A stretch of 32,000 nucleotides of DNA from Flavobacteriales bacterium. Its GTDB lineage: Bacteria > Bacteroidota > Bacteroidia > Flavobacteriales_F > PHOS-HE28. The notes beneath the pieces were generated by a model, which was not told where the DNA came from, did not search any database, and saw only the letters and a list, made by a program, of their open reading frames with translations. Below are positions 24,993 to 32,000 of the stretch, one piece after another (position 1 is the stretch's first letter; each line of letters starts with the position of its first letter). The stretch lies in assembly GCA_016704485.1 (NCBI GenBank), contig JADJAA010000001.1:2271975-2303974 (forward strand). Reading direction: 5' to 3'. The position numbers and the translations under genes are program-made.

Positions 24993-25760
24993 TCACTCCT
25001 TATACCAATCCACCAGACGTACTTCGATCTTTGGATCACCCGTGTTCACCAGTTCTTTGAACCGTTCCACATCACTTAACCCTTCCGGACCGCGGTAGTG
25101 GCATGGATACACCACTTTCGGCTGAAAAGCAAGCACACCGCTAGCCGCTTGGTCTACTGTCATGGTGTATGGTAGGTTCATGCAAACAAAGGCGATGTCG
25201 ATGTTCTTCAGTGCGCGCATTTCCGGGATGTCCTCTGTATCACCGGAGATGTAAATGCGCTCTCCCCCCATAGTGAGCACATAGCCGTTGCCGCGTCCTT
25301 TTGGGTGGCGTGGGTCGTTAGGGTCGGGCATATTATACATTGGTATGGCCTCAATACCAATGCTGTTCTTTTCGATAGATGCGCCATTGGCAAGTACGGA
25401 AGTGATCTTTTGCAACGCTTCGGGGAGTAGGTCCATTACAGCTTGCGGCGCAATGATTTGCGCTTTGCTCAGATCAAATTCTTGCAAGGTCTTTGCATCA
25501 AAGTGGTCTCCGTGGATGTCCGTGATCAGGATCAGATCCGGTGCGGCATACTGCTTGAAACGATAAGCGCCATCGTGCGGGTCCACATAGACCGTTACGC
25601 CGTTCCATTCCAACACCAAGGCGCTATGGTGAACAGGTGCGATCTTGACGGCAGTTGCTTCGCTGTGGATCATATTCTGAGCGCTTGTCGTATTCATGGC
25701 AAAGGCGCAAGCGAGCGTAGCGCCAATGATTAGTAAATGGGAAGGTAGGGACGCTAACAT
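24993..25760 (-). CDS. Secreted MBL-fold metallo-hydrolase
   Basis: 255 aa. A signal peptide ends in SAQN. It has LITDIHGDHFD (an HxHxDH-like motif), ISGDTED and a distal H. This is the Lactamase_B_3-type small MBL architecture. Confidence 0.75.
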   Translation of the reverse strand: MLASLPSHLLIIGATLACAFAMNTTSAQNMIHSEATAVKIAPVHHSALVLEWNGVTVYVDPHDGAYRFKQYAAPDLILITDIHGDHFDAKTLQEFDLSKAQIIAPQAVMDLLPEALQKITSVLANGASIEKNSIGIEAIPMYNMPDPNDPRHPKGRGNGYVLTMGGERIYISGDTEDIPEMRALKNIDIAFVCMNLPYTMTVDQAASGVLAFQPKVVYPCHYRGPEGLSDVERFKELVNTGDPKIEVRLVDWYKE

Positions 25761-25883
25761 GGCCCGAAGTTACGGTAAGGCCTTTTCGATATGATCGATC
25801 AAGTTGTCGTCAAGAGGAGTAAGCTTTGTATGCACTCCGATCCCAGATCGAACAACATTCCGTTCCTTGGCCCCATTAACGCA

Positions 25884-27578
25884 ATGGTAGATCAACCGTT
25901 CACGCACAGCATCAAAAACTCCCCACTCTACAGCGAAGACCTGGCGCCGATCCCAGTAGAAAAACGCACGTGGAGCAAATGGAACCTCGCGGCATTATGG
26001 GTGGGAATGGCCGTATGCATTCCTACGTACCTATTGGCGAGTTACATGATGCGCGCTGGCCTTAGCTGGCAAGCCGCACTTACTATTATCGGCTTGGCTA
26101 ATTTGGTGATCACCATACCTATGGTCCTCAATGGCCATGCGGGCGTGAAGTATGGTATTCCTTTTCCTGTGCAAGGTCGTGCAGCTTTCGGAACGGTCGG
26201 CATTCACATTCCAAGTATCGTAAGAGCGATCGTTGCATGTGGATGGTTCGGCGTGCAAACATGGATCGGAGGTTTGGCGATCTATTCCATATGGAATGCT
26301 GCAACTGGTGATGTTGGTGATCTTGGATTGAGCGCTGGAAAATTCATTGCGTTCGGGATCTTCTGGTTGATCCAGATCTGGTTCATTTGGCGCGGTACCG
26401 AAAGCATAAAATGGCTGGAGACATGGGCTGCACCGATCCTGATCATCATCGGGATGCTATTGATCGGCTGGGGTGCAACGAATGCGGGCGGATTAAGTGT
26501 AGCACTGGAACAAGGCAAACAATTGCAACATGCAACTGCCGTGTTGGTGCCTTACGCGGATGCCACTACCGGTCACGAATTGCGATTAACGCCGTTGGTC
26601 GGTTCGGATGGAGTACCAAAAGCCACGGAGTATCGAATTGTTCCTAGAACTAAAATGGATGGCGGATCGGATGCTTGGCTACCGATCACTAGTTCGACGA
26701 CAAGTCATGCAATGGGAGTTGAACCATCAGTGAATGTTCAGTTCCGGAACGCTGAAGGGCAAGAGTCAACCATACTAAAAGTTGGTGCTAGCCCCGGTGT
26801 GCCGGAAAGTGCAGGTTTTATGAGCTACTTATTGTGGTTCACAGCAATGGTCGGTTTTTGGGCAACCATGGCGATCAGTATCTCGGACATTACACGTTAT
26901 GCAAGTAGCCAGAAGGATCAATTGGCCGGGCAGTTCATCGGCTTGCCGGGTACCATGATCTTTTATTCGTTCGTCGGGATCTTCGTCACAAGCGCGGCGG
27001 TCATCGCCTTCCGGGATGTACTTATTGCAGAGGATGCACCGTGGGATCCCGTTTCGTTGGTCAGCAAATTCTCCAGTCCAGGCGTTGTCATTTTTGCACA
27101 ATTGGCGATGTTGATCGCAACACTCAGTACCAATATTGCAGCCAACGTCATAGCACCCGCGAACGCATTCAGCAACTTGTTCCCACAGAAGATCAGTTTC
27201 AGGGTTGGTGGTGTGATCGCTGGGTTGATCGGTATCTTGATCTGCCCATGGTGGTTGCTCGATGAGATCAGCGGACTTCTGATCTTCGTGAGCGGATTGC
27301 TTGGTCCGGTGTTGGGCATTCTGTTGTGCGACTATTTCATCATCCGCAAGAAAGAATTGTCAGTGCCAGATCTTTTCGCGGTGGACGGCAAGTACCGTTT
27401 CACTTCTGGCTTTAACATAGTAGCGATCGTCGCGCTTGTTGTCGGTGTGTTCGCCGCACTTATCGGTTTCTGGGTCGAAGCGCTGGCTTTGCTTTATCAA
27501 CTTTCTTGGTTCACTGGGTTCGTAGTAGCCTTTGTGGTGTATTGGCTTGGAATGAGGCCACGACCCCAAGTCATCTGA
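25884..27578 (+). CDS. NCS1 family nucleobase:cation symporter (uracil/cytosine/hydantoin-type permease) with a large loop insertion
   Basis: It has NSPLYSEDLAPIPVEKRTWSKWNLAALWVGM, FPVQGRAAFG, the SISDITRYASS region and about 12 TM segments. Start is taken at ATG 25884. The track start 25791 would leave only 30 nt to the divergent gene. Confidence 0.85.
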   Translation: MVDQPFTHSIKNSPLYSEDLAPIPVEKRTWSKWNLAALWVGMAVCIPTYLLASYMMRAGLSWQAALTIIGLANLVITIPMVLNGHAGVKYGIPFPVQGRAAFGTVGIHIPSIVRAIVACGWFGVQTWIGGLAIYSIWNAATGDVGDLGLSAGKFIAFGIFWLIQIWFIWRGTESIKWLETWAAPILIIIGMLLIGWGATNAGGLSVALEQGKQLQHATAVLVPYADATTGHELRLTPLVGSDGVPKATEYRIVPRTKMDGGSDAWLPITSSTTSHAMGVEPSVNVQFRNAEGQESTILKVGASPGVPESAGFMSYLLWFTAMVGFWATMAISISDITRYASSQKDQLAGQFIGLPGTMIFYSFVGIFVTSAAVIAFRDVLIAEDAPWDPVSLVSKFSSPGVVIFAQLAMLIATLSTNIAANVIAPANAFSNLFPQKISFRVGGVIAGLIGILICPWWLLDEISGLLIFVSGLLGPVLGILLCDYFIIRKKELSVPDLFAVDGKYRFTSGFNIVAIVALVVGVFAALIGFWVEALALLYQLSWFTGFVVAFVVYWLGMRPRPQVI

Positions 27579-27684
27579 GAGCTAGATCTAGAAAGCGTAG
27601 CGACGATCAACGATCAGCCAAAATTGATAGTTGAGCTTATGTGATTACGCTTCAATAGCTAATACTTCTTGGTTCCAGGAAAAT

Positions 27685-28122
27685 TCAAACGCTTACCGCC
27701 TCTTGCTGGAATATCCAATCCAATGCTTCCGATGGTTTAGGGAACCATGCTACTTTGAACGTGAGCTGACCATGGACTGCGGTGAAGGACCGCTGAACAC
27801 TGGTCTGGTTGAAGTAGTCAGACGATTCCAAGATCGCCATTTTTTCTAACCGCGAATCAAATAATTTCGGGAACCAGACCTCGTTCGCCCACTGCTCATC
27901 CGATTTAAGGATCGCCGTCATTTCGCGTAGGTCGGCGATCCAATACACCAGATCAAACTTCACGACAATATCCAGCGCCAATTCGAGGCTTGAACGATAC
28001 TGGTCGCTGCGCGCATGGCCCTTCCATTCTAAGTGGATCAATTCATTATTTGCTGACCTGCGTATCGATAAATACGGCTCGTCCAATACAGTGATCATAC
28101 TATGAAGTGGCGACAGTTCCAT
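27685..28122 (-). CDS. Hypothetical protein (possibly STAS/SpoIIAA-like fold)
   Basis: This is the 145-aa C-terminal part of the 323-aa track ORF, starting at MELSPLH (ATG 28122). The upstream part of the track ORF reads through the palindromic repeat and runs antisense to the dihydropyrimidinase gene. Confidence 0.5.
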   Translation of the reverse strand: MELSPLHSMITVLDEPYLSIRRSANNELIHLEWKGHARSDQYRSSLELALDIVVKFDLVYWIADLREMTAILKSDEQWANEVWFPKLFDSRLEKMAILESSDYFNQTSVQRSFTAVHGQLTFKVAWFPKPSEALDWIFQQEAVSV

Positions 28123-28249
28123 TGGTGTGCGAAAAGTACTCAGATCAGAGCGAAAATGCCAGTGATATAGCACGAAATGGTAGTTAGTAAGGAAGAGTTT
28201 GATGTTCACTGATGAGATAATCTGGACTTGCGTGAGGGATAGTAGTGGA

Positions 28250-28317
28250 AAGCCCGTAAGCGAGGAGTCCCGCAGTCCGCCGTACGGCGGACTGCGGGAC
28301 TCCTCGCTTACGGGCTT
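28250..28317. repeat. 68-bp perfect palindrome (34-nt arms, no spacer)
   Basis: AAGCCCGTAAGCGAGGAGTCCCGCAGTCCGCCGT (28250-28283) is the exact reverse complement of 28284-28317, with centre CCGTACGG. Verified base by base. Confidence 0.95.
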
Positions 28318-28319
28318 GC

Positions 28320-28385
28320 ACCCTTCGACTCCGCTCAGGGCAACTCCAAACCCGACCCGAAGTTCCCTGAGCGGAGCCGAAGGGT
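28320..28385. repeat. Second hairpin (21-nt arms, 24-nt loop) adjacent to the palindrome
   Basis: ACCCTTCGACTCCGCTCAGGG (28320-28340) matches the reverse complement of 28365-28385 (ACCCTTCGGCTCCGCTCAGGG) at 20 of 21 positions. Confidence 0.9.
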
Positions 28386-28415
28386 ACGAAGGGGCACGCC
28401 CAACTTCTGATCCAA

Positions 28416-28428
28416 CCAAGTAACTTGG
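28416..28428. promoter_or_regulatory. 13-bp palindrome CCAAGTAACTTGG, operator candidate
   Basis: Perfect 6-bp arms around one central base. It ends 25 nt upstream of ATG 28454. Confidence 0.25.
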
Positions 28429-28453
28429 AGCCGATACTGACACCCTATTGATC

Positions 28454-29833
28454 ATGAGCATACTGATAAAGAACGGAACCGTTGTAACCGCCGCTGATTT
28501 CCACCGCGCCGATGTCCTCATTGAAGGCGAACACGTAAAGGCCATTGGCCATGGTCTTGCTGCTGAAGGAGCTGAGGTGATTGATGCGAAAGGTATGTTC
28601 GTATTGCCCGGAGGTATCGATCCGCATGTGCATTTGGACATGCCGTTCATGGGCACGTTCAGCAGTGATAATTACGAGACCGGAACGCGCGCTGCCTTGC
28701 ATGGCGGTACAACTACTGTGATCGATTTCATACTACAGACCCAAGGTAAAAGTTTGCGACATGCGCTGGAACAATGGCAAGGCCGCATGCAGGGCAATCT
28801 TTTCGGTGATCTCAGCTGGCACATGGCCGTTACCGATTTCAACGATGAGACGAAGAAGGAAGTGAAGGAGATGATCGAGCAGGAAGGCATCACCAGTTTC
28901 AAAACCTTCATGGCCTACAAGGGCGCGTTGATGATCGATGACCGCCAAATGGTTGGTCTGATGAACGAAGTGAAGGCGCAGGGCGGACTCGTTACGGTGC
29001 ATGCGACGAACGGCGATATGATCGATTTTCTGGTTCAGAAACACCGGGCTGAAGGGAAGATGGCACCGCTGTACCACTACTTATCTCAGCCAGAGATCAC
29101 CGAGGCTGAAGCGAGTGGCCGCTTTGCGGATATGGCTTGGCACACGGGTGTACCGGCGTACATCGTACACATGACCTGCGAAGGTGCATTGAACCATGTT
29201 CGCGATGCGACGCGACGCAACCAGCGCGTGTTGGCCGAGACATGCATTCAGTATTTGTTGCTGGATGCTTCGCTTTATGAACAGGCTGATGGCGCGAAAT
29301 GGGTGATGAGCCCGCCGTTGCGTGAGAAGAAGGATCAGGCCGCTTTGTGGGGTGCGATCGAGCAAGGTTCCATCCAGGTAGTAGCAACGGATCATTGCCC
29401 CTTTATGATGGCGCAGAAAGCGATGGGTTCCGCAGATTTCTCGAAGATCCCCAACGGACATCCAGCGATAGAACACCGGATGGAGTTGCTCTTCAGCGAA
29501 GGTGTGAACAAGAAACGGATCTCATTGAACAAGTTCGTGGAAGTGACCGCTACGAATCCTGCCAAGATCTTCGGGATGTTTCCGCGCAAAGGGACGATCG
29601 GCATTGGAAGCGATGCGGACATTGTGATACTTGATCCGAACGAAAAGCATACACTCAGCGCCAAAACGCACCACATGAACGTGGACTATAGTGGCTATGA
29701 AGGCATGCAACTGACCGGCAAGGTTAAGACCGTGATCCTACGTGGACAAGTGGCTATCGACAAAGGCGAGGTGAAGATCAAGAAGGGATACGGGCAGTTC
29801 ATAAAGCGGAACAAGGTGAGTGGAATGCTTTGA
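28454..29833 (+). CDS. Dihydropyrimidinase (D-hydantoinase)
   Basis: MSILIKNGTVVTA...VLPGGIDPHVHLDMPF is the HxH metal site. FKTFMAYKG holds the carboxylated Lys. VHATNG and VATDHCPF supply the remaining ligands. Start is taken at ATG 28454 rather than TTG 28448. Confidence 0.9.
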   Translation: MSILIKNGTVVTAADFHRADVLIEGEHVKAIGHGLAAEGAEVIDAKGMFVLPGGIDPHVHLDMPFMGTFSSDNYETGTRAALHGGTTTVIDFILQTQGKSLRHALEQWQGRMQGNLFGDLSWHMAVTDFNDETKKEVKEMIEQEGITSFKTFMAYKGALMIDDRQMVGLMNEVKAQGGLVTVHATNGDMIDFLVQKHRAEGKMAPLYHYLSQPEITEAEASGRFADMAWHTGVPAYIVHMTCEGALNHVRDATRRNQRVLAETCIQYLLLDASLYEQADGAKWVMSPPLREKKDQAALWGAIEQGSIQVVATDHCPFMMAQKAMGSADFSKIPNGHPAIEHRMELLFSEGVNKKRISLNKFVEVTATNPAKIFGMFPRKGTIGIGSDADIVILDPNEKHTLSAKTHHMNVDYSGYEGMQLTGKVKTVILRGQVAIDKGEVKIKKGYGQFIKRNKVSGML

Positions 29834-29840
29834 AGGAATG

Positions 29841-30302
29841 GCACGCTGATAACGCAGTAAGAACGGATAAACACTGATATGAAGGATGGACAGGAATATT
29901 TACATAGTGAGTTGACCGATGTTATTATTAAAGCGTTCTATGCTGTGTATAATAGGTTGGGTTATGGCTTCCTTGAGAAGGTTTATGAAAATGCCATGTT
30001 GTTGGAATTAAAGGAGATGGGACTTTCAGTTGAGCGGCAAAGACCAATTACCGTACTATATCATGATCAAGAAGTTGGGCAATACTATGCAGACCTCATA
30101 GTCGATAATAAAGTGATCCTGGAATTGAAGGCAGCAGATGGATTACGAGATGAGCATGTTCATCAATTGATCAACTATCTCAAAGCTACACGTATCGAAG
30201 TCGGCATACTGTTTAACTTCGGGACCAAACCGCAATTCAAAAGAAAGATCTTCACGAACTCTTGATCTGCGTTGATCAGTTCTTTCAGCGTTATCAGCGT
30301 TC
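29841..30302 (+). mobile_element. Inverted-repeat-bounded GxxExxY gene cassette 1
   Basis: 29841-29878 is complementary to 30265-30302 at 31 of 38 positions, with a perfect 13-nt core (ACGCTGATAACGC 29843-29855 with 30288-30300). The arms end exactly at the ATG (29879) and begin at the last base of the stop codon (30265). Mobility is inferred, not shown. Confidence 0.55.
29879..30265 (+). CDS. GxxExxY protein (PD-(D/E)XK nuclease-like superfamily)
   Basis: 128 aa. GFLEKVY is the GxxExxY motif. ADLIVDNKVILELKA supplies a D...ExK nuclease-like signature. Confidence 0.85.
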   Translation: MKDGQEYLHSELTDVIIKAFYAVYNRLGYGFLEKVYENAMLLELKEMGLSVERQRPITVLYHDQEVGQYYADLIVDNKVILELKAADGLRDEHVHQLINYLKATRIEVGILFNFGTKPQFKRKIFTNS

Positions 30303-30318
30303 TCTATTTTCCTAGAAC

Positions 30319-31185
30319 ATGCCAAGAAAAATAAAGTCCGGTCTTATCCAAATGAGCCTGCCCATGACCGAGGGCGAAGGAACGATCCCAGAGATCATCA
30401 ACGCGATGGTGCAAAAGCACATTCCGATGATCGAGGAAGCAGGCAAAAAAGGTGTGCAGATCCTGTGTTTGCAGGAGATCTTCAATACGCCCTATTTCTG
30501 TCCCGGTCAAGATCATAAATGGTACGAAAGCGCGGAAAGCGTTCCTGGACCTACCACGGAATTGATGCAGACCTACGCGAAGAAGTACAACATGGTGATC
30601 ATCGTTCCGATCTATGAGAAGGAATCAGCCGGTGTGTTGTACAACACAGCCGCAGTGATCGATGCGGATGGCACCTACCTTGGAAAGTACCGCAAGAACC
30701 ACATTCCACATACCACAGGCTTCTGGGAGAAATTCTTCTTCAAGCCCGGCAATCTTGGTTATCCCGTCTTCCAAACGAAGTATGCCAAAGTGGGTGTGTA
30801 CATCTGCTATGATCGTCACTTTCCTGATGGTGCGCGTTGCTTAGGACTGAACGGTGCTGAGATCGTATATAACCCTTCAGCCACAGTAGCCGGTTTAAGT
30901 GAATACCTCTGGAAACTTGAGCAACCAGCGCATGCCGCGGCGAACGGTTACTTCATGGGTTGCATTAATCGCGTTGGTGAGGAGAAACCATGGAACCTCG
31001 GAAAGTTCTACGGACAATCATATTTTGTGGATCCACGCGGTCAGATCTTCGCACAAGCAAGCCGCGATGATGATGAATTACTGATCGTGGAATTCGATCT
31101 GGATATGATCGAGGAGGTGAGAAGCACTTGGCAGTTCTACAGAGATCGGCGACCGGAGACATACGGTAGACTCACGGAACTATAG
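30319..31185 (+). CDS. Beta-ureidopropionase / N-carbamoyl-beta-alanine amidohydrolase (nitrilase superfamily)
   Basis: 288 aa. The CN-hydrolase catalytic triad context is LCLQEIF (Glu), YRKNHIP (Lys) and VYICYDRHFP (Cys). It is adjacent to the dihydropyrimidinase gene. Confidence 0.85.
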   Translation: MPRKIKSGLIQMSLPMTEGEGTIPEIINAMVQKHIPMIEEAGKKGVQILCLQEIFNTPYFCPGQDHKWYESAESVPGPTTELMQTYAKKYNMVIIVPIYEKESAGVLYNTAAVIDADGTYLGKYRKNHIPHTTGFWEKFFFKPGNLGYPVFQTKYAKVGVYICYDRHFPDGARCLGLNGAEIVYNPSATVAGLSEYLWKLEQPAHAAANGYFMGCINRVGEEKPWNLGKFYGQSYFVDPRGQIFAQASRDDDELLIVEFDLDMIEEVRSTWQFYRDRRPETYGRLTEL

Positions 31186-31653
31186 AACGCTGATGACGCT
31201 GATTGATATGATAGAGAATGATGAAAGCCAACTTCTGGATGCTGGGAATTACAAGCATTCGGAGTTGACGGAACAAGTCATTAAGGCGTTCTACACAGTG
31301 TACAACACGTTGGGCTACGGGTTCCTTGAAAAGGTTTACGAGAACGCGATGCTCCATGAGCTGAGGAAAATGGGATTGAATGTTAAGAACCAGCACCCGA
31401 TAACGGTCTTCTATGATGGTGTGAAAGTGGGAACCTACTCTGCAGATCTTTTGGTTGAAGAACTCGTCATTATTGAGTTGAAGGCGGCAAAGGACTTCTG
31501 CGAGGCAGACGAATACCAATTGGTTAATTACCTCAAGGCAACAAATAGTGAAGTAGGTCTTTTACTGAACTTTGGGAAGAAGCCACGCATCAAAAGAAAA
31601 GTCTTCTCAAACCTATCATAAGTTGATCATAAAGATCAGCGTCATCAGCGTTC
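31185..31653 (+). mobile_element. Inverted-repeat-bounded GxxExxY gene cassette 2
   Basis: GAACGCTGATGACGCTGAT (31185-31203) is the perfect reverse complement of ATCAGCGTCATCAGCGTTC (31635-31653). A further 6-bp pairing, TATGAT/ATCATA, follows a 3-nt mismatch. The left arm starts at the last base of the upstream stop codon. Confidence 0.6.
31193..31621 (+). CDS. GxxExxY protein (PD-(D/E)XK nuclease-like superfamily), second paralog
   Basis: 142 aa as tracked, with the same GFLEKVY and ADLLVEELVIIELKA motifs. It is roughly 60% identical to the first copy by eye. ATG 31193 lies inside the inverted repeat, and ATG 31208 is an alternative start. Confidence 0.8.
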   Translation: MTLIDMIENDESQLLDAGNYKHSELTEQVIKAFYTVYNTLGYGFLEKVYENAMLHELRKMGLNVKNQHPITVFYDGVKVGTYSADLLVEELVIIELKAAKDFCEADEYQLVNYLKATNSEVGLLLNFGKKPRIKRKVFSNLS

Positions 31654-31663
31654 CTCTATTACC

Positions 31664-32000
31664 ATGGCAGAATACAAGAAACCAACCACCGAAGCCGAGT
31701 TCAACGCCAACTTCCATCCGAAGAAACCGTTGATGACGGATACCGAAGCATATTACGAAAGCTCGCGCTGTCTGTATTGCTACGACGCGCCATGTGTAAC
31801 TGCTTGCCCGACAGGGATCGACATTCCTCAGTTCATTCGGCAGATCAATAGTGGAACCAATGAAGGTGCCGCCAAAACGATCTATGATAGCAATTGGATG
31901 GGACATGCTTGCGGCAATGTCTGCCCAACAGAGGAACTGTGCGAAGGTGCTTGTGTATACAATCATAGCGATGTGAAACCGATCGAGATCGGAAGGTTGC
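31664..32000 (+). CDS. PreT/dihydropyrimidine dehydrogenase-like Fe-S flavoprotein subunit, 5' partial (runs off window)
   Basis: My own translation from ATG 31664 gives MAEYKKPTTEAEF...SRCLYCYDAPCVTACPTGIDIPQFIRQINSGTNEGAAKTIYDSNWMGHACGNVCPTEELCEGACVY. This matches the N-terminal 4Fe-4S domain pattern of DPD/PreT/GltD-like proteins. It is not in the ORF track because it is open at the window end. Confidence 0.8.
   Translation, partial: MAEYKKPTTEAEFNANFHPKKPLMTDTEAYYESSRCLYCYDAPCVTACPTGIDIPQFIRQINSGTNEGAAKTIYDSNWMGHACGNVCPTEELCEGACVYNHSDVKPIEIGRL

Noticed and set aside
25791-25883. Upstream start for the NCS1 permease
   Set aside because: It would leave only 30 nt for two divergent promoters. 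It also adds 31 aa that are not typical of the family. ATG 25884 gives the usual distance to the DLAPIP..RTW motif.
27585-27594. CTAGATCTAG 10-bp palindrome after the NCS1 stop as a terminator
   Set aside because: It is too short and AT-rich to form a stable stem, and no T-tract follows. It is probably a chance occurrence.
28199-28423. 74-aa plus-strand ORF (…RSPPYGGLRDSSLTG…)
   Set aside because: It lies entirely within the palindromic repeat composite. The mirrored peptide on the opposite strand shows it is a by-product of the palindrome.
27685-28656. 323-aa minus-strand ORF spanning the intergenic repeats and the start of the dihydropyrimidinase gene
   Set aside because: Its N-terminal two thirds read through the 68-bp palindrome and the second hairpin and run antisense to a well-supported CDS. 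Only the part from ATG 28122 is kept as a gene.
31616-31966. 116-aa minus-strand ORF at the right edge
   Set aside because: It is antisense to the PreT/DPD-like N-terminal Fe-S domain, which has a clear Cys-motif signature in the plus frame.

Overview
This window looks like chromosomal DNA from a Bacteroidota-type bacterium. Supporting signs are a T9SS C-terminal sorting-domain protein, GxxExxY genes, an HTH_34-like regulator and TAnnTTTG-like promoter boxes. I support about 31 coding regions and saw no rRNA, tRNA or CRISPR array. From left to right the window holds: a FucP/GluP-type sugar MFS transporter; two secreted proteins and a 1024-aa ABCG-like ATPase-permease fusion; a SiaB/SiaC-like partner-switch pair; a SAM methyltransferase and a ZIP metal transporter; a complete 1225-bp IS element with 8-bp target duplications; a six-gene, translationally coupled membrane operon with a small winged-helix regulator and a membrane-anchored EEP phosphoesterase; an NRDE protein, a T9SS cargo protein, YajQ and an LpxR-like protein. 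The right 40% is a mosaic but complete reductive pyrimidine-catabolism gene set: mmsA, a class-III aminotransferase, an NCS1 permease, dihydropyrimidinase, beta-ureidopropionase and the start of a PreT/DPD-like gene. The most interesting structure lies in that cluster. Its intercistronic gaps are occupied by homologous inverted-repeat elements. Two of these enclose GxxExxY (PD-(D/E)XK-like) ORFs exactly in the loop, and one is a gene-less 94-bp hairpin. A diverged 5' relic of an aminotransferase gene marks a rearrangement junction that now holds a transmembrane class III adenylate cyclase. A 68-bp perfect palindrome plus a second hairpin sits in the control region of the dihydropyrimidinase gene. 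All family assignments come from motif recognition by eye; no searches were run.
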